Positions 36,328-43,231 of a DNA stretch of 64,000 nt are shown piece after piece (the stretch's first letter is position 1; each line of letters opens with the position of its first letter). The notes under the pieces were generated by a model. The model was not told the DNA's origin and did no database searches. It saw only the letters and a program-made list of their open reading frames with translations. The position numbers were made by a program, and so were the translations under genes. Source of the DNA: Verrucomicrobiota bacterium (GTDB lineage Bacteria > Verrucomicrobiota > Verrucomicrobiia > Limisphaerales > UBA11358); the NCBI GenBank assembly GCA_050012035.1, contig JBEKHY010000005.1, positions 2,871 to 66,870 on the forward strand, in the 5' to 3' direction.

Positions 36328-36599
36328 AACACGAATCCGCAGAAGTCAACCGTGGCCGTATCTCTCTGGCGTGATAACCACCCTCTTGACGATTTCAAAA
36401 CCGGCGCTACGCTGGCGCGGTTGGGGATGCTTGAAGGGGGTGAGGTTGCAGCTGAAATGTCGCCAGTAATTTACGGGAGTTGGCTTATAGGCAGTAACTG
36501 ACCAGCTACGCCCTCGCGTGTGAGCATTTTGGATTTCGTGTTACACCTTTTTTTCTTGCGATAAAATCGCAATAATGGTGAAAAACATTGATTTCAACC

Positions 36600-36750
36600 A
36601 ATGTTCACAAGGGTTTTGTGATTTTGCCTTCAGCGATAGTTCTTTTGCAAAGCATGGCAATTTCGTTCAATATCCACGCGGGTTTTGTGAGCAATTTTTA
36701 GAAATGAAAACGCCCAATGTTGACAATGGTTTTATGAGCACAATTTTCAG
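36600..36750. repeat. Three iteron-like direct repeats in an AT-rich gene-poor stretch
   Basis: GGGTTTTGTGATTTTG (36611-36626), GGGTTTTGTGAGCAATTTT (36680-36698) and TGGTTTTATGAGCACAATTTT (36727-36747). Each is preceded by a TTCACA/TCCACG/TTGACA-type hexamer. Confidence 0.6.
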
Positions 36751-37179
36751 CGCGGGTACGCGGGTTGATTTCTGACGAACTGCATTTGTCTCACCGACCA
36801 AGCTATAGACGACCAGCGCAAAGGCGACGTGGTAAAATTCATGTTGCGACTTTACGATGCCGAGGACGTAAATTTCTACTGCGTTTCTCCGCTGGTGAAC
36901 AATGCCGGGAACGAACTGGCCGAAAAGCTTTAGGCATGTGGAGACAACAGAGGGGACACGATACGAAGCGCAGCTTCAATGTCCGCACCCTTGGTATTTT
37001 GACGACAATTTTGCGTTTTTGTGTTGTGGTCTTGGCGGTGGTCTGTTACTTTTTACACCGATGTGTGAAAACACACAGCCAGTCGGATAGTTCGATGACT
37101 GGAAAATTCGTTCGTTCGTTCGATTTTAGGTCGTTTTCGCGGGAAATTCGTTTTCGTCCCTTGCGCAAAAAGTGTGCCC

Positions 37180-37280
37180 CTCGATCCTAATCGGTCCCTC
37201 GGTCAAATATAAAAATCGAGGATCGAGGATCGAAGACGAGTCGAGATAAAAGTTTGTCCGAGTGACCGATTAGGGTCGAA
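37180..37280. repeat. 28-bp imperfect inverted repeat (24/28) with 45-nt loop containing tandem heptamers
   Basis: CTCGATCCTAATCGGTCCCTCGGTCAAA (37180-37207) pairs with TTTGTCCGAGTGACCGATTAGGGTCGAA (37253-37280). The loop contains TCGAGGA-TCGAGGA-TCGAAGA. Confidence 0.7.
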
Positions 37281-37354
37281 AAAAGTCGTAAATTCCCCCT
37301 ATCCCGGCGCCCCTATTTTCACGCGCCGCTTCACCCGTTGCACACTCGGCTATC

Positions 37355-37495
37355 CTAGCTTTTGGCAGTGACTGGTTTGCTCGGTATCAAAAACCGCGTT
37401 TGCTTTCCGCAGGATGGGCATTTGGTGGTTTTGTCAATGACCTCGGCCTCGAAGTTGTGACCGCAATGTTCGCAATGGATGGTAGTTACATTTTC
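37355..37495 (-). other. Orphan zinc-ribbon module without a canonical start codon
   Basis: The stop-to-stop frame encodes ENVTTIHCEHCGHNFEAEVIDKTTKCPSCGKQTRFLIPSKPVTAKS. It has the same C-x2-C...CPxC...LIP module as the upstream 161-aa protein. No ATG, GTG or TTG is in frame. Confidence 0.4.
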
Positions 37496-37505
37496 TCAAT
37501 ATGCG

Positions 37506-37991
37506 TCAATCCATCTGGGAAAAAATCAGCAGCCAGAAGAGGGCGGCGAAAATGCTCAAGGCCATGACTGCTGCGCCATGGCCGGATTGTTTTTTGCCCA
37601 TGAGCCAGACACCGAAGAAGAACCCGATCAACGGTAATATAATAGCCAAAACGTAAGCCAGCGTTGGGTCTGGCAATGGTTCGGTCCCCGGCGGCAGGCT
37701 GTCAGCTTTGCGGACGCGCGCGGATGGCGATGGAATCAGTAGTGTGGTTGCGCGATGGCAATGCGGACATTCGACCTCGGTATTATGCAAGTCAACGGGA
37801 AAGGCGATAGGCTGGCCGCATCGCTGGCAATCGCATTTGGATTCTCCAGGCAGGATGGTTTCAATTTTGGGGATGAAAAGGAGCGTTTCCAGATGGCAAT
37901 GCGGACATTCAACGTTCTGGCCAGCCAATGAGGGGGAAAAGCTGACCTCGCCGCTGCAATTCCGACATTTACATTTTGCGTCACCAATCAT
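37506..37991 (-). CDS. Double zinc-ribbon protein with C-terminal transmembrane region
   Basis: CKCRNCSG...VECPHCHLETLLFIP and CDCQRCGQ...VECPHCHRATTLLIP, followed by two hydrophobic helices (LAYVLAIILPLIGFFFGVWL, AAVMALSIFAALFWLLIF). Confidence 0.65.
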   Translation of the reverse strand: MIGDAKCKCRNCSGEVSFSPSLAGQNVECPHCHLETLLFIPKIETILPGESKCDCQRCGQPIAFPVDLHNTEVECPHCHRATTLLIPSPSARVRKADSLPPGTEPLPDPTLAYVLAIILPLIGFFFGVWLMGKKQSGHGAAVMALSIFAALFWLLIFSQMD

Positions 37992-38054
37992 GGCATTTTT
38001 TAGTTTCGGATTGGCGGTGTCAGGTTTTACCGCTGCCGCCGGTGGATTTGCGTT

Positions 38055-38756
38055 TCATTTTTGGAGGCTGGCGAGTTTATTGGAGGCTTCCTGATCGCCT
38101 TGATTGGCTGCTTGGGTAAGCCAGTAAATGGCCTGCTCGCGGTTTGTCTCGCAGCCTTGTCCGTTCAAGTAACGAAGGCCGAGACTGCATTGTGCGGATG
38201 CGCTGCCATTGGTCGCTTGGGATTGAAGCAAAATAACAGCTCTGGCTTGCGCAGCATAAACTTTTGCTCGGGCGGCTTTTTCCGCTTCCGCTTTTTGTTT
38301 TTCAATCAATGCCTGCGCTTTGGCTTCCAATGCCTGTGCTTTGGCTTCCTCCTCTTTCATTTGCTCAATTTTTTCCGGTGTTAATCCAGCATCCCAAAGT
38401 TCGATTGTTTTACCGGAAAAATTTGTTGTGCCAACTTGCACGGCATAAATATCTAATTTCTCTCCTTCTGCTATTCCTCTTGTGGGATAATTCACAACCA
38501 AAACTTCTTTGCTGAAAACAGTCTCATAGCCAATTATTGGCGGATCATGGCTGATGGGAACTCCGCCAAGGAAATTTCCCTGACTGACAAGATCATCAGA
38601 ACGTTGTCTCTGTCCGTAAATCGGTTTTTTTTGTGACCAATTCAAAAGAACGGAATTTTCATAAACACCCTCAACCACCGCAACGATTCTGGTTCTGGCG
38701 GCCGCTGAAATCGTCAATGTACATAATGTGCAGAGTATGATAATTTTTGTTTTCAT
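38055..38756 (-). CDS. Secreted Sel1-repeat protein with coiled-coil linker
   Basis: Signal peptide MKTKIIILCTLCTLTISAAA; an Ala/Lys/Glu-rich coiled coil; a C-terminal Sel1-like repeat (AQCSLGLRYLNGQGCETNREQAIYWLTQAANQGDQEA). Confidence 0.65.
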   Translation of the reverse strand: MKTKIIILCTLCTLTISAAARTRIVAVVEGVYENSVLLNWSQKKPIYGQRQRSDDLVSQGNFLGGVPISHDPPIIGYETVFSKEVLVVNYPTRGIAEGEKLDIYAVQVGTTNFSGKTIELWDAGLTPEKIEQMKEEEAKAQALEAKAQALIEKQKAEAEKAARAKVYAAQARAVILLQSQATNGSASAQCSLGLRYLNGQGCETNREQAIYWLTQAANQGDQEASNKLASLQK

Positions 38757-38973
38757 GGTCTATGGTTTCCCCCTTGTCTCTGGCGAACTGATTGTGTCGG
38801 AAACAAAGGGCGGTGAGAATTTCCCGTTCGTGTTGGGACTTGCATAACAAATTTGTCTGTCCCTGCATTCACGGGACAATTTGATGCCTCAATCGCCACC
38901 CGTGTCAACTATGTTTGCGGGTACTCAATTTCCCCCCGCGCGTTTTTTGAACGGCGGCAGCGGACGGTCGGCG

Positions 38974-39321
38974 TCACGCCTTCACGAGTGATTTGACGCA
39001 ATAGCTGTTGAGACTTTCCCCGGCGGCAAGGGCTTTGGCGGCAAGGCGGCGGTGCAAGGCCGGTTCAACGCGCAACACAAATTTGCCGCTGAATTTTTTC
39101 GCGGCCAACGGTTCGGGCAATTTGTGGCCGTCCGCGTGGATCAATTCAATCATTTCCTCGACGGCCTGACACAATTCCGCATACACCCGCGCCTCGTCGC
39201 TGCCGTGGACGCCGCCCGCCATGATTTCCGGGCAACGGCCAATGAAGCATTGATCCTCGTCGCTCCACTCCACAAACTTCGCGTAGCGCGCGGCCTGTTC
39301 TTTGATCTGTTTGCGTGTCAT
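38974..39321 (-). CDS. hicB: HicB-family antitoxin
   Basis: 115 aa. FVEWSDEDQCFIGRCPEIMAGGVHGSDEARVYAELCQAVEEMIE is followed by a C-terminal RHH-like tail (LRVEPALHRRLAAKALAAGESLNSY). It lies 3 nt downstream of hicA. Confidence 0.85.
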   Translation of the reverse strand: MTRKQIKEQAARYAKFVEWSDEDQCFIGRCPEIMAGGVHGSDEARVYAELCQAVEEMIELIHADGHKLPEPLAAKKFSGKFVLRVEPALHRRLAAKALAAGESLNSYCVKSLVKA

Positions 39322-39324
39322 AAC

Positions 39325-39522
39325 TCAATTCACTTTCACGGCGTCCAGTGCGCGGCGTACGTCGCGTTCCTGATAATGCCTGGCGTCATCGCCCGCGCCG
39401 CCGCTGATGGTCACCCGCAACCCTTTCGGGTGTGTGAAGTTTCGGTGGCTTCCTTTGCCGCCCCGGTTCACAAACCCGGCCTTTTCCAAGTCGGCAATCA
39501 GTTGTCGCACTTTGCGCGGCAT
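39325..39522 (-). CDS. hicA: HicA-family mRNA interferase toxin
   Basis: 65 aa: MPRKVRQLIADLEKAGFVNRGGKGSHRNFTHPKGLRVTISG. Confidence 0.85.
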   Translation of the reverse strand: MPRKVRQLIADLEKAGFVNRGGKGSHRNFTHPKGLRVTISGGAGDDARHYQERDVRRALDAVKVN

Positions 39523-39525
39523 TTC

Positions 39526-39543
39526 AGTATCAAAATAGTATCA
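39526..39543 (-). promoter_or_regulatory. Possible hicAB operator: two AGTATCA direct repeats 11 nt apart abutting the hicA start
   Basis: AGTATCA at 39526-39532 and 39537-39543. On the coding strand this reads TGATACTATTTTGATACTGAA-ATG. Confidence 0.25.
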
Positions 39544-39669
39544 TTGTTGTTTGCCGGTGTCAACTCCAGCGATTTGGCATCGAAGGTGGTGCCAATTTTG
39601 ACAAGGGTTTTATACAATTGACTAACGATGGACAACCCGCGTGATTTTTGAAATGATGCGGAACCTTCT

Positions 39670-39996
39670 ATGACCAAACTTTGTGACATCAACGCGGCGG
39701 CCAAGGAAAAACTTCCGCCCGGTTCCGCCGACAAATCGGGCATCGGCGTGCATTACACGGACGCCTTCATCAAACCGATGAACACCAAACTGCCCGACGG
39801 CACGCGCGTCGGCTGTAAACGCAAGGGGTTGAAGCTGACGCTCACCGTCGGCACCAAAAAGGGCGAAGGCCTGATGCGCCGGCTGGAGGTCAGCAAAGAT
39901 CCCGTGGTGATGCTGAACGCCGCGCTTCAGGAGGCGGCGAAGGCGGCGGGGGTCGAATTGAAGATCGCCGACACCGAAATTCAGATTGCACCTTGA
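39670..39996 (+). CDS. Hypothetical protein (108 aa)
   Basis: Balanced Lys/Glu/Gly composition. The overlapping 187-aa minus-strand ORF is Arg-rich and shadow-like. No family was recognised. Confidence 0.5.
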   Translation: MTKLCDINAAAKEKLPPGSADKSGIGVHYTDAFIKPMNTKLPDGTRVGCKRKGLKLTLTVGTKKGEGLMRRLEVSKDPVVMLNAALQEAAKAAGVELKIADTEIQIAP

Positions 39997-40225
39997 TGGT
40001 CTATTGTTTTTCGACCGTGGTTCTAATTCCCCGGTAACAGCAGCCGGCCCATACAGGCGGACAAGTGGTTGAAGCCGCGCTTTCCCCGCTGTCAAAATTA
40101 CTTCCCAATCGTTTCTGGTTCCGACCCGAAACCGGAAAACTGCGTCGGTGTCCGCCGGATGAATCCGGCGTTCCGTTGGCAGCATCAGGAAGCGCCCGCC
40201 CCGGCAGTGATGGGTCAGTTTGAAT

Positions 40226-40305
40226 TGTAGCGTCGGCTGTCTCAGCCGACGGTGCGCTGAGGATCAGCCTTCGCCTGGCTACGGCGCGACAAGCAGCGCA
40301 CGCTA
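40226..40305. repeat. Nested hairpin composite (REP-like)
   Basis: TGTAGCGT...GTCGGCTG-TCT-CAGCCGAC...GTGCGCTG...CAGCGCAC-GCTACGA. It shares the TGTAGC prefix with hairpins at 6526 and 48616. Confidence 0.55.
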
Positions 40306-40450
40306 CGACAAATCGCCCCACTACCGGCCCGGCGGTAGTGTCCTAATTTGGGTAATTATCCCCTCACGTCATGTAATCCCGATTGCCCGCATTTCGTTGG
40401 TTTGAGGTTAATTTTACAAGCTGGTTGCAGGCTAATGACTCCATAAAAAT

Positions 40451-40672
40451 ATGGATATTGAAGAAAAATTCTACCAGCAACACACAGAACTCGCAAAACA
40501 ACAGGCAGCAATCCAACGCATGACGGCGTGGCAGCAAGAGTTGCGTAAAACAGACCGCCGTGAGATTGCACGAAAAAGCGATATTGAACTCTCGAATTGG
40601 CAGACCTCTTATCCGCCCGAAAGTCCGCAGTATCGTCTTGCTGAATACAAATGGCAGCGGCGGCTCATATAA
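40451..40672 (+). CDS. Hypothetical 73-aa helical protein (cassette gene 1)
   Basis: Gln/Glu/Lys/Arg-rich and probably coiled-coil. It lies 16 nt upstream of the next ORF. Confidence 0.4.
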   Translation: MDIEEKFYQQHTELAKQQAAIQRMTAWQQELRKTDRREIARKSDIELSNWQTSYPPESPQYRLAEYKWQRRLI

Positions 40673-40688
40673 TTAAAAGCACCGCCCA

Positions 40689-41141
40689 ATGATACCACCG
40701 CAATCTTCCCCAATAAATTGGACGGCTGTTGGTGCCATTGGCGTCATCACGGTTAATATCACTGGCTGGATTGTTGTCCATTTGCTCACCAAACGACGCG
40801 AGAAGCGGCGCGACCAAGAAACTAGACAGCATACAATCGAATCTGAAAAAACCGCTAGAAAGCGCGTTTTCATTGGAAGTTTGAAAGCATGGAAATCCGA
40901 GGTTTTCTCGGCAGTCCACGCCGGAGCTTATAGCATCCCAAGCGAGCAAGCGTATCGAGACGGGATTCCCAAGTTTATTGATGCGGTCGAATTGGTGCGG
41001 GATATTTTCGATGACCGCCAAAGATTCGATACCCTGACCAAAAGAGTCGCTGGTTTGCAAGAAAAGGACTGGAATAAAAAGCAGCCACGCGACGTGATTT
41101 GTGGAGCGATTGATGAACTGATTCAGTTTGTCGAACACTGA
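40689..41141 (+). CDS. Hypothetical 150-aa N-terminally anchored membrane protein (cassette gene 2)
   Basis: One TM helix (WTAVGAIGVITVNITGWIVVHLL) followed by a charged soluble domain. A competing 161-aa ORF exists on the minus strand (40665-41150). Confidence 0.4.
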   Translation: MIPPQSSPINWTAVGAIGVITVNITGWIVVHLLTKRREKRRDQETRQHTIESEKTARKRVFIGSLKAWKSEVFSAVHAGAYSIPSEQAYRDGIPKFIDAVELVRDIFDDRQRFDTLTKRVAGLQEKDWNKKQPRDVICGAIDELIQFVEH

Positions 41142-41183
41142 AGTTTTCATAAATTACATGTCATCAAGGGATAATCACCCAAA

Positions 41184-41744
41184 TTAGGACACTACCCGCG
41201 AATTCTGTTGTTGCAGGCTCTTCTTCAAACCGTAAAGCGCATTGGTTTCAGCGGCCGATAATTGGATTTTGCCGGGATTGAGGTCCCGCAACGTGTTCCC
41301 CCGGTCCCAACTTTTGTATCCTTCGTCGCCCAGCGCGGCCCGTAGTTCGGCTTCCTGTTCACGATCCCGTTCCTGGCTCAGGGCCAGGAACGCGTCGGCA
41401 TCCACCTCCCCGCGGCTGAATTTCTCCTGGCATTCGTTCAGGCGCTTCTGCCAGCGGTCCTCGAGATCGGCCAATACCACTCGTGCAATCACTGTGTTGG
41501 GAACACCGGCCGCCCGCAACTGGTCAACCCACTGCCGCCAGTCCGACCCCGTCGCCTGCTTCGCGGAGTTGGGCTCGCCGGTGACCGGCAGTATGTCTCT
41601 CGTGGTTGGTTCCGGGTGGCCCGGGTCGGCCGCAGGCGGAGGGGGAGATGCTGATTTGTGCATGACCAGCGCAACGACTGTTCCGGCCAGAATGACATTT
41701 AAAACGAGGGACGCCCGGGTGGAAAATTTGCAGCTCATATACAC
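41184..41744 (-). CDS. Hypothetical N-terminally anchored protein
   Basis: TM helix (LVLNVILAGTVVALV), a Pro-rich linker and a helical domain. Its last three codons and stop (VVS-TAA) lie inside the right inverted repeat of the 40334-41196 element. Confidence 0.55.
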   Translation of the reverse strand: MYMSCKFSTRASLVLNVILAGTVVALVMHKSASPPPPAADPGHPEPTTRDILPVTGEPNSAKQATGSDWRQWVDQLRAAGVPNTVIARVVLADLEDRWQKRLNECQEKFSRGEVDADAFLALSQERDREQEAELRAALGDEGYKSWDRGNTLRDLNPGKIQLSAAETNALYGLKKSLQQQNSRVVS

Positions 41745-41937
41745 AAATTATTGCCCGGAATGAGAATGCCGCCAAAGGCGTGCCGGCACAAGGCATTTCC
41801 GGCCGGCCGGAACCGGAACCCTGAAAAATCCCGTGCCGGCGAAGTCGATGGGTTACAGTGCTCGGGACAAGCCTTTGATCGAGTTGTCGGCAGAAAAAAT
41901 GTTGCGCGAATTTATAAGACAATTAATCATTCGTATT

Positions 41938-43167
41938 ATGCGTTCCAATTTTTTCTGCCTTCCGGTTTTTGCGCTGACCGCTTTAACCCTGACGAACCCC
42001 GGCCAGGCCCAGCCCCTGGCGGCCGGGCCGAACAAGGACATTCACTGGGTGGGCACCTGGGGAGCAGCGCCGCAATTGACGGAAACGCGAAATCTGCCGC
42101 CGCCGCCGGGATTGGCCAGCAACATCCTGCGCCAGGTCGTGCATGTGTCCATTGGCGGGCAACATCTGCGCGTCCGCTTTTCCAACGCTTTCGGCAATAG
42201 TCCGGTAACGATGAGTTCCACCCATATCGCCTTGTCGGCCGGCGGCAGCGCCATCAAACCGGAAAGTGACAAGGCGCTGACGTTTCAGGGCAAGCCTTCG
42301 GTGACCATTCCAGCAGGCGAATCCGTTCTATCAGACACTTTTGACTTTGCTCTGGCACCGTTGTCCGACCTCACCGTGACAACTCATTTCGAGGGCACGT
42401 CGGACGATGTCACCGGTCATCCCGGTTCCCGAACGACGTCTTATTTGCTGGCCGGCGACGCGGTTGCGGCGGCGGATATGCCAACGGCGGCCAAAACCCA
42501 GCACTGGTACATTTTGACCGGCATTGATGTGGCGGCGGAAAATTCGAGCGCGGCCGTCGTCACGCTGGGCGATTCAATCACCGATGGACGCGGTTCGGAA
42601 CCCGACCAGAATAATCGCTGGCCGGACAATCTGGCCCGCCGGCTGAACACAAACGCGCCCACCGCCATGCTAGCGGTAATAAATGAGGGCATCGGCGGCA
42701 ACGCCGTGCTGCGCGGCGGTCTGGGGCCGACGGCGCTGTCGCGTTTTGACCGTGACGTGCTCGGCCAGGACTCAGTGCACTGGCTGATCATACTGGAAGG
42801 GGTCAATGACATTGGTGGCAGCAACGGAACCAATTCGCCGGTGGCACACGATTTGATCGCCGCGTTTCAAAAAATGATCGACCGGGCGCATGCCAAAAGT
42901 ATCCGGGTGTATGGCGCAACTATTACGCCGTTTGGCGGGTCATTTTATGACAGACCGGGTCACGAAGCCGCGCGCCAAACAGTCAACGGCTGGATTCGGA
43001 CCAGTGGCAAATTTGATGCGGTGATTGACTTCGACGCCGCGGTGCGTGATCCCACGAACACAACGAATCTGCTGTCGGCGTACGACAGCGGCGACCATCT
43101 GCACTTGAATGTGGCAGGTTACAAAACCATCGACGATGCGATTGACCTGAAATTGTTTGAAAACTAA
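41938..43167 (+). CDS. Secreted SGNH/GDSL hydrolase (carbohydrate acetylesterase-like)
   Basis: Signal peptide from the ATG at 41938. Block I VVTLGDSITDG, block III GIGGNA, block V DHLHLN. Confidence 0.8.
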   Translation: MRSNFFCLPVFALTALTLTNPGQAQPLAAGPNKDIHWVGTWGAAPQLTETRNLPPPPGLASNILRQVVHVSIGGQHLRVRFSNAFGNSPVTMSSTHIALSAGGSAIKPESDKALTFQGKPSVTIPAGESVLSDTFDFALAPLSDLTVTTHFEGTSDDVTGHPGSRTTSYLLAGDAVAAADMPTAAKTQHWYILTGIDVAAENSSAAVVTLGDSITDGRGSEPDQNNRWPDNLARRLNTNAPTAMLAVINEGIGGNAVLRGGLGPTALSRFDRDVLGQDSVHWLIILEGVNDIGGSNGTNSPVAHDLIAAFQKMIDRAHAKSIRVYGATITPFGGSFYDRPGHEAARQTVNGWIRTSGKFDAVIDFDAAVRDPTNTTNLLSAYDSGDHLHLNVAGYKTIDDAIDLKLFEN

Positions 43168-43231
43168 AACCCGGAGGCCGCGGCGCCGTCTTTGAATTAC
43201 GGGATCCACTCAACCATTTGCCGCTCACCTT

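Larger units (their letters stand above)
40334..41196. mobile_element. 863-bp segment bounded by 29-bp terminal inverted repeats (1 mismatch); MITE-like cargo cassette or invertible segment
   Basis: GGTAGTGTCCTAATTTGGGTAATTATCCC (40334-40362) is the reverse complement of GGGATAATCACCCAAATTAGGACACTACC (41168-41196). The interior is AT-richer and holds two small same-strand ORFs. No recombinase gene and no clear target-site duplication were found. Confidence 0.45.

Noticed and set aside
36575-36775. 66-aa ORF with a thrice-repeated GF(C/M)xxF peptide as a multi-core RiPP precursor
   Set aside because: The peptide repeats simply mirror the DNA direct repeats. No maturation enzyme (radical SAM, cyclodehydratase, protease or transporter) is nearby. 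I kept it only as an alternative reading in the iteron finding.
36765-37190. 141-aa plus-strand ORF in the gene-poor stretch
   Set aside because: It is Arg/Cys/Phe-rich and runs through low-complexity TTCGTT repeats. It has no recognisable domain or plausible RBS.
37208-37252. Tandem TCGAGGA heptamers as a CRISPR or minisatellite array
   Set aside because: There are only three short, degenerate units with no spacers. That is far too small for CRISPR, so I treated it as the loop of the inverted repeat.
39622-40185. 187-aa minus-strand ORF overlapping the 108-aa plus-strand gene
   Set aside because: It is Arg/Gly/Phe-rich and extends into the REP-like hairpin region. The plus-strand 108-aa frame has more protein-like composition. 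Confidence in either is modest.
40665-41150. 161-aa minus-strand ORF inside the IR-bounded cassette
   Set aside because: It competes with the 150-aa plus-strand ORF. I preferred the plus strand because of the tightly spaced upstream partner ORF and a clean TM-plus-charged-domain layout. This is not settled, so I flagged the ambiguity in the feature list.
37186-41190. Shared TCCTAAT core between the 37180-37280 inverted repeat and the 40334/41196 TIRs as evidence for one element family or a composite element
   Set aside because: A 7-mer is expected several times by chance in 64 kb on two strands, and the similarity does not extend beyond it. I mention it only as a weak observation.
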